From positions 69,068,001-69,132,000 of the forward strand of contig OZ024740.1 in NCBI GenBank assembly GCA_964016885.1: a stretch of 64,000 bases of DNA, read 5' to 3'. The stretch is from Eledone cirrhosa. Taxonomy: Eukaryota. Made by a program: the position numbers and the translations under genes. Shown here piece by piece: positions 28,879 through 40,703 of this stretch (positions are counted from its first letter, which is position 1; each line of letters begins with the position of its first letter). Below the pieces are notes generated by a model. The model saw only the letters and a program-made list of their open reading frames with translations, made no database searches and was not told where the DNA came from.

Positions 28879-29479
28879 ACAAAGAGTGTTTGGTAAGGTA
28901 CCAGATGGACCATAACGCAACAGAGTACTAAATACATAGGGTAGTAGAGTGGGTAATAGGATATATATATATGTGTGTGTGTTGTGTGTGTGTGTGGGTG
29001 TGTGTGGGGGGGGGGATGTGTGTGTGTGTGTGTGTCTATGTGTGCGTGTGCGTGTGTGAGTGCGTGTGTGTGTATATATATATGAGCGTGAATGTGTATA
29101 GTGTGTGTTTGTATTTTTATTTCTTCACTGAAAGGTTCCTATCAGAAACAACGTCTCGAAGGGACCTGACTGCTTCCCAAAAGAGACCAACGGAGCTCAT
29201 TCAACGGCCGGGGCGAAGAGAATACCGTTCGTCGGCTTGTTTGCACACCACAAATTCCCTCTATCTCTTTCCAGAAACTTAGCATATATTTTACCGGGAA
29301 GCTTAAGAAGGAATTTCACCTATAATTTGAGCAACCTCCATTGTATACCTTTTTATATTGAAATTGATATTGCTTTAGTTTCTTTGTAGAGATCCTGCCC
29401 ACCTGGCACAACGAATCAGTCATTGCATACCTTTACATATTCTATGGGTGATGAAGAGGTCAGGACCTGATTGGCGTGT

Positions 29480-29870
29480 ATTATAGCATCCACATTCAGA
29501 GAGCACCCTAAACAAGCTGAGAACTTTAAAAAATAGTGGTGACCAGACACTTAGGCTCAGCAATTTCTGCTTCAGCCGTTAGTTGCTGCGAAGTGAAAAC
29601 GATCACCTGGTTCAATCTCGAGGTTAAAAATGCAATCTAAGCAAAAAGGTAAGATGACACAACTTGACTCTAAATGGGCCGCTCTTCTCGGACTCGTAAA
29701 TTGGCCGCTCTTATCGGACTTGCGCTACAAGCAGACTTGACAGTCATAGCAGATCAATAAAATCATCCAAGGTTAAGTCATGAGGGGAATGGAATCCAAA
29801 TTTACAGCTGCAAATAAGGTATTCTGGGAGACCATGCGTCGACCTAATTATAAAAAATCTCCCTCCATTC
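29480..29870 (+). mobile_element. RTE-clade LINE fragment
   Basis: MESKFTAANKVFWETMRR resembles the RTE inter-domain K.FW..IRRL motif. Confidence 0.45.
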
Positions 29871-30129
29871 CTGCTATTAGGATCTCGTCCACTCTTCTTT
29901 TCTTTTCAGTGCGTTCCAATGTCGAGACGTGGTAAGAAAACGATATATTCTGATGTACATTAGGTACATCAGGTACATATATAGGCGAAAGCTAACGTCT
30001 CAGAGGTTGAGACCACTAGAGTAATTACAGGCTTCAAATGTGGCAAGGTCTCCTGGAAGAGGAAATTCGGCTTGAAATGACAAAAGTATGATATTATGGT
30101 AGATATTTGTTATTTATTGTTATTAACAC

Positions 30130-30500
30130 TTCATGTGAAAAATGATGGTGTAATTAGCATTAGATCATTTAATTGACTCCCTATCAAATTGTAACCTCAA
30201 ATATATTTTCTGCTCATCAGAGTGTTGTTTTTGTAATGTCCTAATGCTGCAACTGATTCCAACTCTACCAAGGTTTTTGTGGAGTTTCTCTGTAATCGAC
30301 CCAAGTGTTCCAATCAATCTCACTTTTATATTCCACATACTCGACATCTATCATCAAGTATGCATACTTTACGATTTTCCCGTGTTCTTTACCATTACTG
30401 TAATGGTCTCCTGGGCAAACTACACCGATCAATAAACACTTTTCAGCCCCTTTTCACCACCGAAATTATAGCGTCTTACATATTCCCTCTGCGCTAGCAT
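30130..30500 (-). mobile_element. Old R4/Dong-like 3' fragment (REL endonuclease tail)
   Basis: SMWNIKVRLIGTLGSITEKLHKNLGRVGI..LQK parallels IWNC..IGALGTI..LQK of the intact element. Confidence 0.65.
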
Positions 30501-30675
30501 ATCACAGACACACACGATACAACCTATATTAATTTGTTTCATTTGGGATATACTTAATCCATTATTATTGTTATTATTAATATTAGTACCAGTAATACAC
30601 TGGGCAATTGCTGGCTCTGTTCCAAAAGTAGAAACAATTATTATTATTATTATTAATAATAATAAAGAAATCATT

Positions 30676-30750
<75 letters not shown>

Positions 30751-30753
<3 letters not shown>

Positions 30754-32806
30754 CAAGGGTAATGATGTTACCAACTATAGACCTATCACATGTCTCTCCG
30801 TAATGTGGAAACTGTTGACGAGCATTGTGTCTGAGGAAATCTACCATCACCTCCACACAAACAACTTGTTACCGGACGAACAGAAAGGATGCCGAAAGAA
30901 GTCACGTGGTACAAAGGACCAGTTACTTATTGATAAGATGGTAATGGGGAATTGCAGGAGGAGACACACTGATCTTGCCATGGGATGGATAGACTACAGA
31001 AAGGCATTTGACATGGTGCCCCATTCCTGGATCACCAAAAGCCTGGAGATCTTCAAGGTGGCAGATAACATCAGACAGTTGCTAGGCAGGAGTATGGGGT
31101 CCTGGGAGACAGAGTTGACATCAACTGGAGTATCCTTGGGAAGCGTGAAGATCAAGAGAGGTATCTTCCAGGGAGATAGCCTGTCCCCTCTGTTGTTTGT
31201 CCTTGCCCTGATGCCCTTGACCATTATGCTGCGAAAAGTGAGAGCAGGATAAAAGTTGGGAAGGGGAGAGCTTACCATCAATCACCTCCTCTTCATGGAC
31301 GATCTTAAGCTCTTCGGGAAAAGTGAGAAGGAGTTGGATGTGCTTGTTGACACTGTCCGTATTTTCAGCAGTGATATATGTATGCAGTTTGGTATTGGTA
31401 AATGTGGAGTCATTGTGATGAAGAGGGGTAGGTTGAGCAGAAGTAACGGGATCCAGATACCAACAGGTGAGATGATAAAGGAAATTGACTCTGAGGAAGG
31501 ATACAAGTATTTGGGCGTTCTGGAGGCTGATGGCATAAAGAACAAAAAAATGAAGGAATTGTTAAGAACTGAATACATTCGGAGAGTAAGGAGCGTATTG
31601 AAGTCACATCTGAACAGCAGAAATGCCATAAGCGCAGTAAATTCCCGAGCTGTGTCTATTATTAGGTACAGTGCGGGAATTCTGAGATGGAATGTTGCTG
31701 AACAGAAAGAAATGGATAGGAAGACTAGGAAGCTATTGACTATCTACAACATGTTCCACAAGAGGAGTGATGTCGATAGACTCTACCTAAGGAGATCTGA
31801 GGGTGGAAGAGGTCTTATCAGCATAGAGGACTGTGTTCAGATGGAGAAAAACAACCTATACAAATACGTGACCTATAGTAAGGAGCCAATGCTCAGAACT
31901 GTACTGAAGGAGGGGACAGTAGGCCAGGGGATATCCAAGGAGGGAATAACATCAAGGAGGAAGAGCAGCCTTAAGGGAAAATCCCTTCATAGTACCTTCT
32001 TTGAGAAAACTGAATTTAGAGATCCACAGACATGGAACTGGTTGAGAAGAGGAGACCTCAAAAGGGCTACAGAAGGAATGCTAATGGCTGCGCAGGAGCA
32101 GGCCCTCAAAACGAAGTGGTTGAAGCACCATATCTACAAGGAGGAGGCTAGCCCACTGTGCAGGATCTGTGGAGAGAGAGAGGAGATTGTGGCTCACATT
32201 GTGTCCGAGTGTAAACACCTAGCCCAGACCCACTATAAGGGCTGGAGACACGATGTGATGGGCAGGGTGATCCACTGGCACCTGTGCAAAGTAAACAATT
32301 TACCACATTCTGAGAAATGGTATGAGCATAGGCCAGAGGCGGTGATGGAGAACAATCAGGTGAAGGTGCTGTGGGATTTTAGGATACAGACGGACAAAAA
32401 ACTGGAACACAATAGACCTGACCTGGTGGTTGTGGACAAAGAAAAAAGATCGTGTCTGATTGTGGATGTGGCCTGCCCGTTCGACACGAGAGTGCAAGAG
32501 AAGGAGAGGGAGAAAATTAACCGATACCAGGACCTAAAGTGGGAGGTGAAAAGGATCTGGAACTGCCATGAAGTCAAAGTGATCCCGATTGTCATAGGCG
32601 CACTGGGGACTATCTCCAAAAGTTTCCAGGGATGGTTAAAGAAAATCGGCCCCTTCACGCTTTTTGGAACGCTTCAAAAGGCATGCTTGCTTGGAACAGC
32701 AAGAACCCTCCGATACGTCCTGAATATCTGAGGCTGCAGGTAGTGGCTTGATATTCAATCCAACGGACTTTCCAGTTAACCAACATCAATGACTGAGATT
32801 CAAGGA
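30751..32806 (+). mobile_element. 5'-truncated R4/Dong-clade element (family A), one premature stop at 31250-31252
   Basis: Near-identical to the 3' 2 kb of the 58315-61707 ORF (TAC>TAA); [10 protein letters not shown] and LFMDD, CCHC, RHD, RPD; embedded in (AAT)n. Confidence 0.95.
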
Positions 32807-32838
32807 ATAACAACAATAATAATAATAATAATAATAAT

Positions 32839-33286
32839 GGTGAAGGTGCTGTGGGATTTTAGGATACAGACGGACAAGAAACTGGAAAACAATAGACCTG
32901 ACCTGGTGGTTTGGGACAAAGAAAAAAGATCGTGCCTGATCGTGGATGTGAGCTGCCTATTCGACACGAGAGTGCAAGAGAAGGAGAGGGAGAAAATTAA
33001 CCGATACCAGGACTTAAAGTGGGAGGTAAAAAGAATTTGGAATTGCCATGAAGTCAAAGTGTTCCGATTGCCATAGGCGCACAGGGTACTATCTCAAAAA
33101 GCTTCCAGGGATGGTTAAAGAAAATTGGCCCCTTCACGCTTTTTGGAACGCTTCAAAAGGCATGCTTGCTGGGAACAGCAAGAACCCTCCGATACGTCCT
33201 GAATATCTGAGGCTGCAGGTAGTGGCTTGATATTCATTTCAACAAACTTTCCAGTTAACTAACATCAATGACTGGGACTCAAAGAA
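32839..33286 (+). mobile_element. Short 5'-truncated R4/Dong copy (family A variant), in tandem with the previous copy
   Basis: VKVLWDFRIQTDKK..; one frameshift; same 3' UTR; (AAT)n on both sides. Confidence 0.93.
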
Positions 33287-33307
33287 CAATAATAATAATA
33301 TGATCAC

Positions 33308-33370
<63 letters not shown>

Positions 33371-34475
33371 GTTTGATCCGCGTCTCGACACAACGTCATA
33401 AATTGCTCCGTAATGTTGTTCCAGTTTCACATTGTCATTCAACCTATCGTATTGAACTTTTGTGATTGTTTTATAGATACTAATCAGTATCTTCGTGAGC
33501 TGCTTAGGGTATTCAGATTGCAGACAAACATTTTGTATCCGTGAAACGGAATGACCGGCTGACCAAAGAGTTGAACAGACAAAATTCAGAAAATAATGAT
33601 AGCAGCTTCATCATCAACAACAACAACTACGGCAGTAGCCGTAAATGAAATTGATTTTCCACATCTGCTAATATCGACCAATGAGAACACCACGGCCCCA
33701 GTGGCAGCCACCGCACCCACAACCACTGCAATAACTGAAACAAACCAAACTAACACTAACATAGACGACAGCGTCAACACAAATGATAACAAAATTAACA
33801 ACAATAAAAATAGCCACTGCAACAGTTAATTTGCAGCAAGAGCTATCGAAATCTGTTTCATATACATCGCTGAAAACGACATATATCTGGCTCAAGCACC
33901 CAAACGGATACAATTAGAAAAGTTATGTCTGGCGTAGCCATGTCCCTACCGCCGAGGTGTTGGCATTAACACAGGAATAGATGGTGACGGGAAATATGTA
34001 CCCATACATGAAAAGGCCGGAGCCAACAAAACTGGCAGAAGTTGAGAGAGCACTAAAATATTGTGCCCGATGTACAACACATTGCCAGATCAAGGAAGTT
34101 TGCTGGTATTTTTCTGCTCTTTAAAATCGTTTGCCATAGAACATTCTGCGGTTCCATGTCGATGCGGGAATTATGTCTTGTACTCATCTAATCTCGGAAG
34201 ATGCCTAGTCTGACCATGGGTTTGTAGGCTGGAGACTTTGAAGAGCATAGTCTCACCCTCTTAAGATGCTCTTAGAGAGTTATATTGTTTAGTATTGGAA
34301 GGTTTCCTAAGTCACCACTGGCTCGTACTCCCTCTACGCGGGAATATTTATTGTTATAATCGTATTGTTTATTATCTGTTATCTTGCTTTTAATTGATTC
34401 TTTATAAACACCGATTATGCATGATTGTTGTATTATCCTATATATTTCGGCCCTTGTGGCAAATAAATAAAAAAT
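33371..34475 (+). mobile_element. Internally deleted L1/Tx1-like remnant (5' UTR, Thr/Asn-rich ORF1 piece, 3' end)
   Basis: 3' end TTGTATTATCCTATATATTTCGGCCCTTGTGGCAAATAAATAA resembles 5210-5252; 5' motif GTCATAAATTGCTCCGTAA shared with 58135-58155 and 62739-62759 (minus). Confidence 0.5.
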
Positions 34476-34639
34476 AATAATTATCATTAGTATTGTTGTT
34501 GTTATTGTTCTACTTCTAAATATTATTATTATCATGTCTTCCAGTAATGCACTGGCTAATTGCTGGCCTTGTGCCTAAAGTAGAACCAATTATCATCATG
34601 TCTTCCCTAAGGTTTTATCTTAATTCCTCGTTTACTCAA

Positions 34640-35445
34640 TATAACTAAGACCACATCCAGTGGTCTTAGGTATCAAGGCGTTGTTTCTCCTTTTGAGTTC
34701 ATATCTAACATCTTTCGTATCATCGTCGCTGGTCCAAGCATACTAAGATTCTGTAACGTTCCCTCTGTGAGATTCAGGCTTAGTTTTTATTTAGCAACCC
34801 ATCTAAGTTCTTTGTGATCGTACCTTAAGACTCCAACGACTACTGGTATCATATCCACCTTTTTCATCTTCAAAATTCTTGAAATTTCATACTTCAGGGG
34901 GCCGTAATTTGTGCACCTTTCTTCTTTTATTCCTTCTACGTGAGTATGAAATGGACATCTTGTCCATTGGTAGACCCATCTTGGGTCTACCAACCGACAC
35001 TTTTTGATTGACGTGATGTCTGTTCTGTTAAGATATAGCCGTTTATCGGTTTGTATGAGCCAATCCCGTATCATCTTCGGACTCTAATACTTTCTCCGGC
35101 TGGTGCATGAACCATTTCTCTGCCTTGTCAAGTCTCCAGTCTCCCCCCAGTTTCCAGTGGATTACATTGCCACACTACCATGTGAGACCTTATACATATT
35201 TTGAACAAGTTTTGGACATTCCGAGACAATGTGTGTCATTGTTTCAACTGCACCACCAACACATTGACACATCTTCCACTTACATAGATTTTCTGATGTT
35301 ATTCGTGCAAATTATCTGATATTGTGCAGCAAATATTGTGTTCTCTGTTTCCTTTTTTAAATACCCTATGTTTAGCCAATTCCACCATTTCATTCCTCTC
35401 ACATCACCTGATGCTTTCATGAACCACACGTTTAGTGTCTTGCCC
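34640..35445 (-). mobile_element. Degenerate R4/Dong 3' fragment (third family)
   Basis: DWLIQTDKRLYLNRTDI..CPFHT..YGPLKYEISRI..IPVVVGVL; adjacent (AAT)n at its 5' side. Confidence 0.8.
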
Positions 35446-35469
35446 GTATTGTTATTATTATTATTACAT

Positions 35470-35900
35470 TGTCGGACAACTGCTTTATCGCATTGAATTA
35501 CGGTATTTTACATTCTGAGCTCAAATCCTGTCGGAGTTAGCTCTGCCTTTCATCCTTACGAGGTCGATAAAACAAAGTACCAGTAACACATTGAGGTTGA
35601 TTTAATTGACTTCCCTCTCCTCCAAATTCTTGGCATTGTGTCTAAATCAGAAATCATTATTATTAGTATTAGGGTGGTGGATAGGCAGAATCGGTAGAGC
35701 GTCAGACAGCATGCTTAGTGGCATACAGTTACGGCCCTTTACATTCTGAGTTCAAATCCCAGTGAGGTTAGATTTGCCTCTCATCCTTACGGGGTCGACA
35801 AAATAAAGCACCAGTAAGTACGGGGGTTGATTTAATCGATTTACCCTCCCCTCAATGTGGTGGCCTTGTGCCTAAAGTAGAAACAATTATTATTATTATT
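35470..35900 (+). mobile_element. Two tandem tRNA-derived SINEs (35470-35663 5'-truncated; 35671-35900 full)
   Basis: A-box GGCAGAATCGGT, B-box GAGTTCAAATCC, family body, (ATT)n tails. Confidence 0.88.
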
Positions 35901-36402
35901 AATTTTTATGTTATTGTTGTTGTTGTTTGTGTTTTTCGAGTATATAAAGGTTTTAATTTCTTTACTGGATAATTTGTGCGTATTTAGGGCGAGGGAAAGT
36001 TTATAATAGAGATGGAAGATATCTGAATGTCGTGTTCTCACATCTACCTCAAAATCTGGGATAGCAAATGTCTGCTTAGAACATTATTTTAATTTCTTGT
36101 AATTTTGTTGCATATACGATAATTTTGTAGACGATTTCTTTTCTAGAAACGAAATAAAAGCCACAAACAAAAAATGGACTATGACTGAGAAAACACTCAT
36201 TTAATTGTCAAAAATACGATAGCGTATTCAAAAAACAGAGAAACAGAATATTAAAAAAAAGATAAACGAGGAAATGTATTTCAACATAACAATCATATTG
36301 ATTTTCAGGTACCACATTGTCGTAATTTAATACAAGGAAATGCAAATATGTACAACATAAACAAAGGTGACGAGAAAGACAACCTTACAGAGATCACACA
36401 TA

Positions 36403-36511
<109 letters not shown>

Positions 36512-36609
36512 TACACACACGCACACCCCACCCACACCCACCCACACACACACAACACATACACACAAACACCTTTAGTTCATTCAAGAAAATATCGAAA
36601 ATATAGCAG

Positions 36610-37300
36610 ATTTAACGCAGTCGGTGACATACGGAGTAGAAAATGCATATACTTAGTGAAGCCATCAAATAGCTAACATTTGTGACCAAAAAAGCGCACT
36701 CTTCTTTGCAGCCGTTTATCTAAGAGCAAGTGTGTTTATACACTCGAAGTAACAATTAAGGTTTGCGCGAATTGGTGCGTGGAGACATGTCTTTCATTTC
36801 TTCAGACAAAGGACACAGAACTACATACCTAGTTTTAAAACTGAATCTGGAACCCACCCAAAAAGGTACTGCGTTCACAACTCCTCATGCACCGATATTA
36901 TTGTTCATAGGTCGACAAAATACAAGTACCACACTCAAGGATATTGACAATTAGGTGGAAACATAGCTCGTAATCAATTCTTCTCCATAGAAGGGCAGGT
37001 AATGAGTGGGAACCTATCAAAGAACAATAAGTCATCGGGTGTTAGTTGAGACCGTCGAGTGTACCTCACAATTGTAGGGCAAGAGGCAGATGCTATGAGG
37101 CAGCACGTCTAGCTACAATACTTGCGACTGTAAGATACGTCTACAGACATTCTATCTGGAAACACTCCAGAAATAGAGCTTCAGAAACAGCAATAAACAC
37201 AGATGCTCGGAAACTCACAATTATACTGCAACACCAGCATGTCACCTTACTCTTATTATATACAAATTGTTTGAACGTGTTGTCTGTAGTTCGCTTTTAT
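36610..37300 (+). mobile_element. Decayed CR1-like LINE 3' fragment
   Basis: Remnants resembling the CR1 ORF2 C-terminus (RY...IWK); heavily decayed. Confidence 0.4.
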
Positions 37301-38178
37301 TAAACTCTTATGTTATGCCTTTAAGACGGCATTTTTCCACATAATCTGATATATATTGACTGCTCCTTTTAGTAAGGCTGTCACCATTCTGTCCGTTGAA
37401 CGCACTTTAAGTATTTCCCACAACCAGGGGTGTTGACTATGTTCCACCCTATTAGCCCTATTTTACTTTTTCTTTATTTTAAACTCTCTCATTGTCATTC
37501 ATAAATGATATATTTATGAAGCATTACATATATTCAGTAAGCAACATTAGACAGTAGACGCAGTTTACGAATGCATGAGACATCTAAGTTAAAATAAATG
37601 TTCAACTCCCTACGGTCAATCGTGTAATAAATGTTTGCTGTTTGTTGTCCAATCGCGAGAATTTATTGCGGTTTATCATCAACCGTTCGTTATTTGACAA
37701 ACAATCCTGTATCATGTATTATAAGATGTCCCTGCTATGACAAGCCAATCCTTATTATTGTATTGATTTTGAATACCTAATACATTTTAGCATTACTTTT
37801 TTAATAAGATTTGGTTTGTATTTAATTGGGGGGAAGGCACTATATCTATCAAGTCGATTGCCACACTTGCACTTCATGTATAGACCTAATTCAGGCCTGA
37901 TAGGGTAGAGCAATGACCAAAAGCACTCCAGTGAGAATAATATATACAAGATTACAGTATCCAACTTCATTTGTTAAGACGGCATATGATTTGAACGCGA
38001 TTAGATTGCTTTTTATACCAATGTGAGCGACTACGTAAATGCCTCATCATATAATTAATATTAACAAATGTATGGTTATATATAACTTTTAGTTATGGAT
38101 TTTCAATCTTTGTAACGGTATAAGTAGACATACAGGCAAATACAAAGATATCTATGTAATACATCCATGCATATGAAT

Positions 38179-38419
38179 TCACATATGAACAAACACATAC
38201 CCACATATATGTTGATTCATGTGCATACTGGGATATGGTAAAATTATCCATTTTATTATAATTTTATTGTATCTTAGAGCAGCACTTGTATCAAATGAGA
38301 AAGTCATCAGCAAGATTATGATGACGTTGATGATGATTTTTATCTTATTCATCTCTTCATCGTTCCAATAATTATTGCTGATATTCCTAACTGCTGCAGC
38401 AACAATAGTAGTAGTAGTA

Positions 38420-38492
<73 letters not shown>

Positions 38493-38823
38493 CAGCAGCA
38501 GCAGCAGCAGCAGTGGTAGTAGTAGTAGTAGCAGCAGCAGCGGCAGCAGCAGCAGTAGTGGTAGTAGTAGTAGTAGTAGTGGTGGTGGTGATGTTAGTGG
38601 TGTTTGTGGCAATAGTGGTAGTGGTAGTGGTGGTGGTGTTTGTGCTGGTGGTGTTGGTGTTTGTGGCTGTGGTGGTAGTGGTGGTGGTGTTTGTGACAGT
38701 GTTGGTGGTGGTGGTGTTAGTGGTGGTGGTGTTGCTGTTTGTGGCTGTGGTGGTGGGGCTGGTGTTTGTAGTGACGTTTGTGGCAGTGGTGGCGGTGGTG
38801 GGCGTCGTGGAAGTAGTAGAAGT
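38179..38823 (-). other. 214-codon stop-free frame: Thr-rich mucin-like tract followed by a hydrophobic segment; candidate exon or compound trinucleotide repeat
   Basis: TSTTSTTPTTATTATNVTTNTSP..TIVAAAVRNISNNYWNDEEMNKIKIIINVIIILLMTFSF..; the upstream poly-T tract lacks an AG. Confidence 0.25.
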
Positions 38824-39328
38824 TTAAAACAAAAACAAAAAATCATACATATACAAAATATTCCAAAGAAAACAAAATGTTGGCTGTTATAATTTTAAGA
38901 GTTGGCTTTAAAATTTCCAGTATTTCAGAATTTCAAATCAATCATCATAATTCATTTATTTTTTTGTTTTAAATAAATACATAAATTTTAATTTCATATA
39001 ATTTTATTTTTCTTTAACGACAACGTTTTCTCTCCGCTGTCATCACTTTCCTTATTGAGTTTTCATTTTTAAAAATCTAATATATGAAGATGAGTTGGCT
39101 CTCACCCCCCCCCCTCTCACTCTCTCCATCCAGCCATCTATTTCTCGTTGTATGTATCCCTGTATGCATAGTTAGCTTTGTTGTAAGAACAGTAGTGGAA
39201 TATCTATATGAATTTATGTATTCCTAACTTCGGCTAATGTCTTTAATACCTGTGTTGATATATCTCCTTATACGCACATAAATCCATATATACATTCATA
39301 CAAACACAAATGTAAATTCACGCGCATA

Positions 39329-40210
39329 TGCGAGGGTCGGCTGAAACGTACATAGGCTTACAAAGATACTTTTATGTAATATGACTAATTGTGGTTTAAT
39401 TTACAACATAGTCCCCGTTGTCGTCCACACACTTTTTTCCATCGGTGTTACATTGTTACAGTCCGACTTTTGAAGAAGCTTTATTCCATCGGTCAAAAAC
39501 GTCATCAACAGCAGCTATGACGTTTTCATCACTGCGATACTGATTTCAGCCAAGTCTTTTTTTCATGCTGGGATACAGATGATAGTCAGATGGTGCCGAA
39601 TCAGTTCAAAACCACAGTCATTAAAAACAAGGACTTGTGTGTTGGAGCATTGTCAACTTTCCTAGGTGTTTGACCTTCGTAGGCTGTTGTAACTGCTTTG
39701 GCAAATTGGCATAGTACACTCCATTGATGGTGTACGCATTTTGAAGGTAGTCAATAAGCACAATGAGTTTAGCTTCCACAATGACCTAGGCCATCAATTT
39801 CCCTGCAGATTAAATGAACACGGCCTTCTTTGGAATATGTTAGCTTGGCTGTTTTCACTATATTGAATGTCTCTATCTTTTTAGCTCCACATGATGAACC
39901 CATCACTCATTCTATGTTAGGATACGTTCAAAGAAACCAGCTAAATCTGCCTCAAACAATGTCAGATTTTTCCGTAAATTGATCAGCTTGATTCGCTTTG
40001 ATCTAGAGTCAGAAGACGTGGAACTCACTGAGCAGAAACCTTCGCCATGCAAAGTTCGTTATTGCGCAGAATATTTTGCAGTGTCTTACGGTATATGATA
40101 ATAGCATTGGCAATTTGATTTGTAGTCAATTACCTGTCATCTTTCAAGATGTGGTGAACACGATCAATGTTTTCCTTTGAAATAGTTTAGTCTTTAGGGC
40201 ACTATCCGAG
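39329..40210 (-). mobile_element. Mariner/Tc1 DNA transposon remnant
   Basis: TIR-like CGAGGGTCGGCTGAAACGTACATAGGCT at ~39331; decayed transposase C-terminus on minus (GDYV end at 39407-39418). Confidence 0.7.
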
Positions 40211-40362
40211 GTACAGAGAGTTGCCATTTTCTTCTCAGGAAGATGTCAAATTTCCCATATGCTTCCTTGTTTCCTTTATCTGCTATTATGTTCCTCCTGT
40301 TGTATTGTATATCTACGCAATTTTTTCTGGCGTAGATTTACAATACAACAGGAGGAACATAA

Positions 40363-40414
40363 TAGTACCACTGATGATGTTGCAGATGTGCAACGAAAGA
40401 ACTTTGTTAGACTA
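40363..40414 (+). ncRNA. Type I minimal hammerhead motif (family E) in a PLE pseudo-LTR (~40283-40668)
   Basis: CTGATGA(40371-40377)-T-GTTGCA gatg TGCAAC-GAAA-GAAC-TT; imperfect stem I; downstream 40585-40660 is homologous to 44445-44520. Confidence 0.7.
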
Positions 40415-40668
40415 TATATATGTGTTTATATCTATATTATATCTGTATTTTTGACCGTTGGTCAATCAATGATAAACGTTACGGACCAAATTAACTAACT
40501 GTGGAGATATAAAAGATACAAAAGCGAAAACCAACCAAACAGTGAGTGTGTTCTGTTGTTATTTCAGGCAATATTATTACAACAATATGATCCTCCCCAA
40601 GTATAACAATATTTGTTTCGACACACGATTTCAAATCCATAACCTCGCAAAACAAAATCATCGCTGTC

Positions 40669-40701
<33 letters not shown>

Positions 40702-40703
40702 TA

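Noticed and set aside
29100-29165. CTGAAAG..GAAAC as a hammerhead
   Set aside because: Core and stems do not fit
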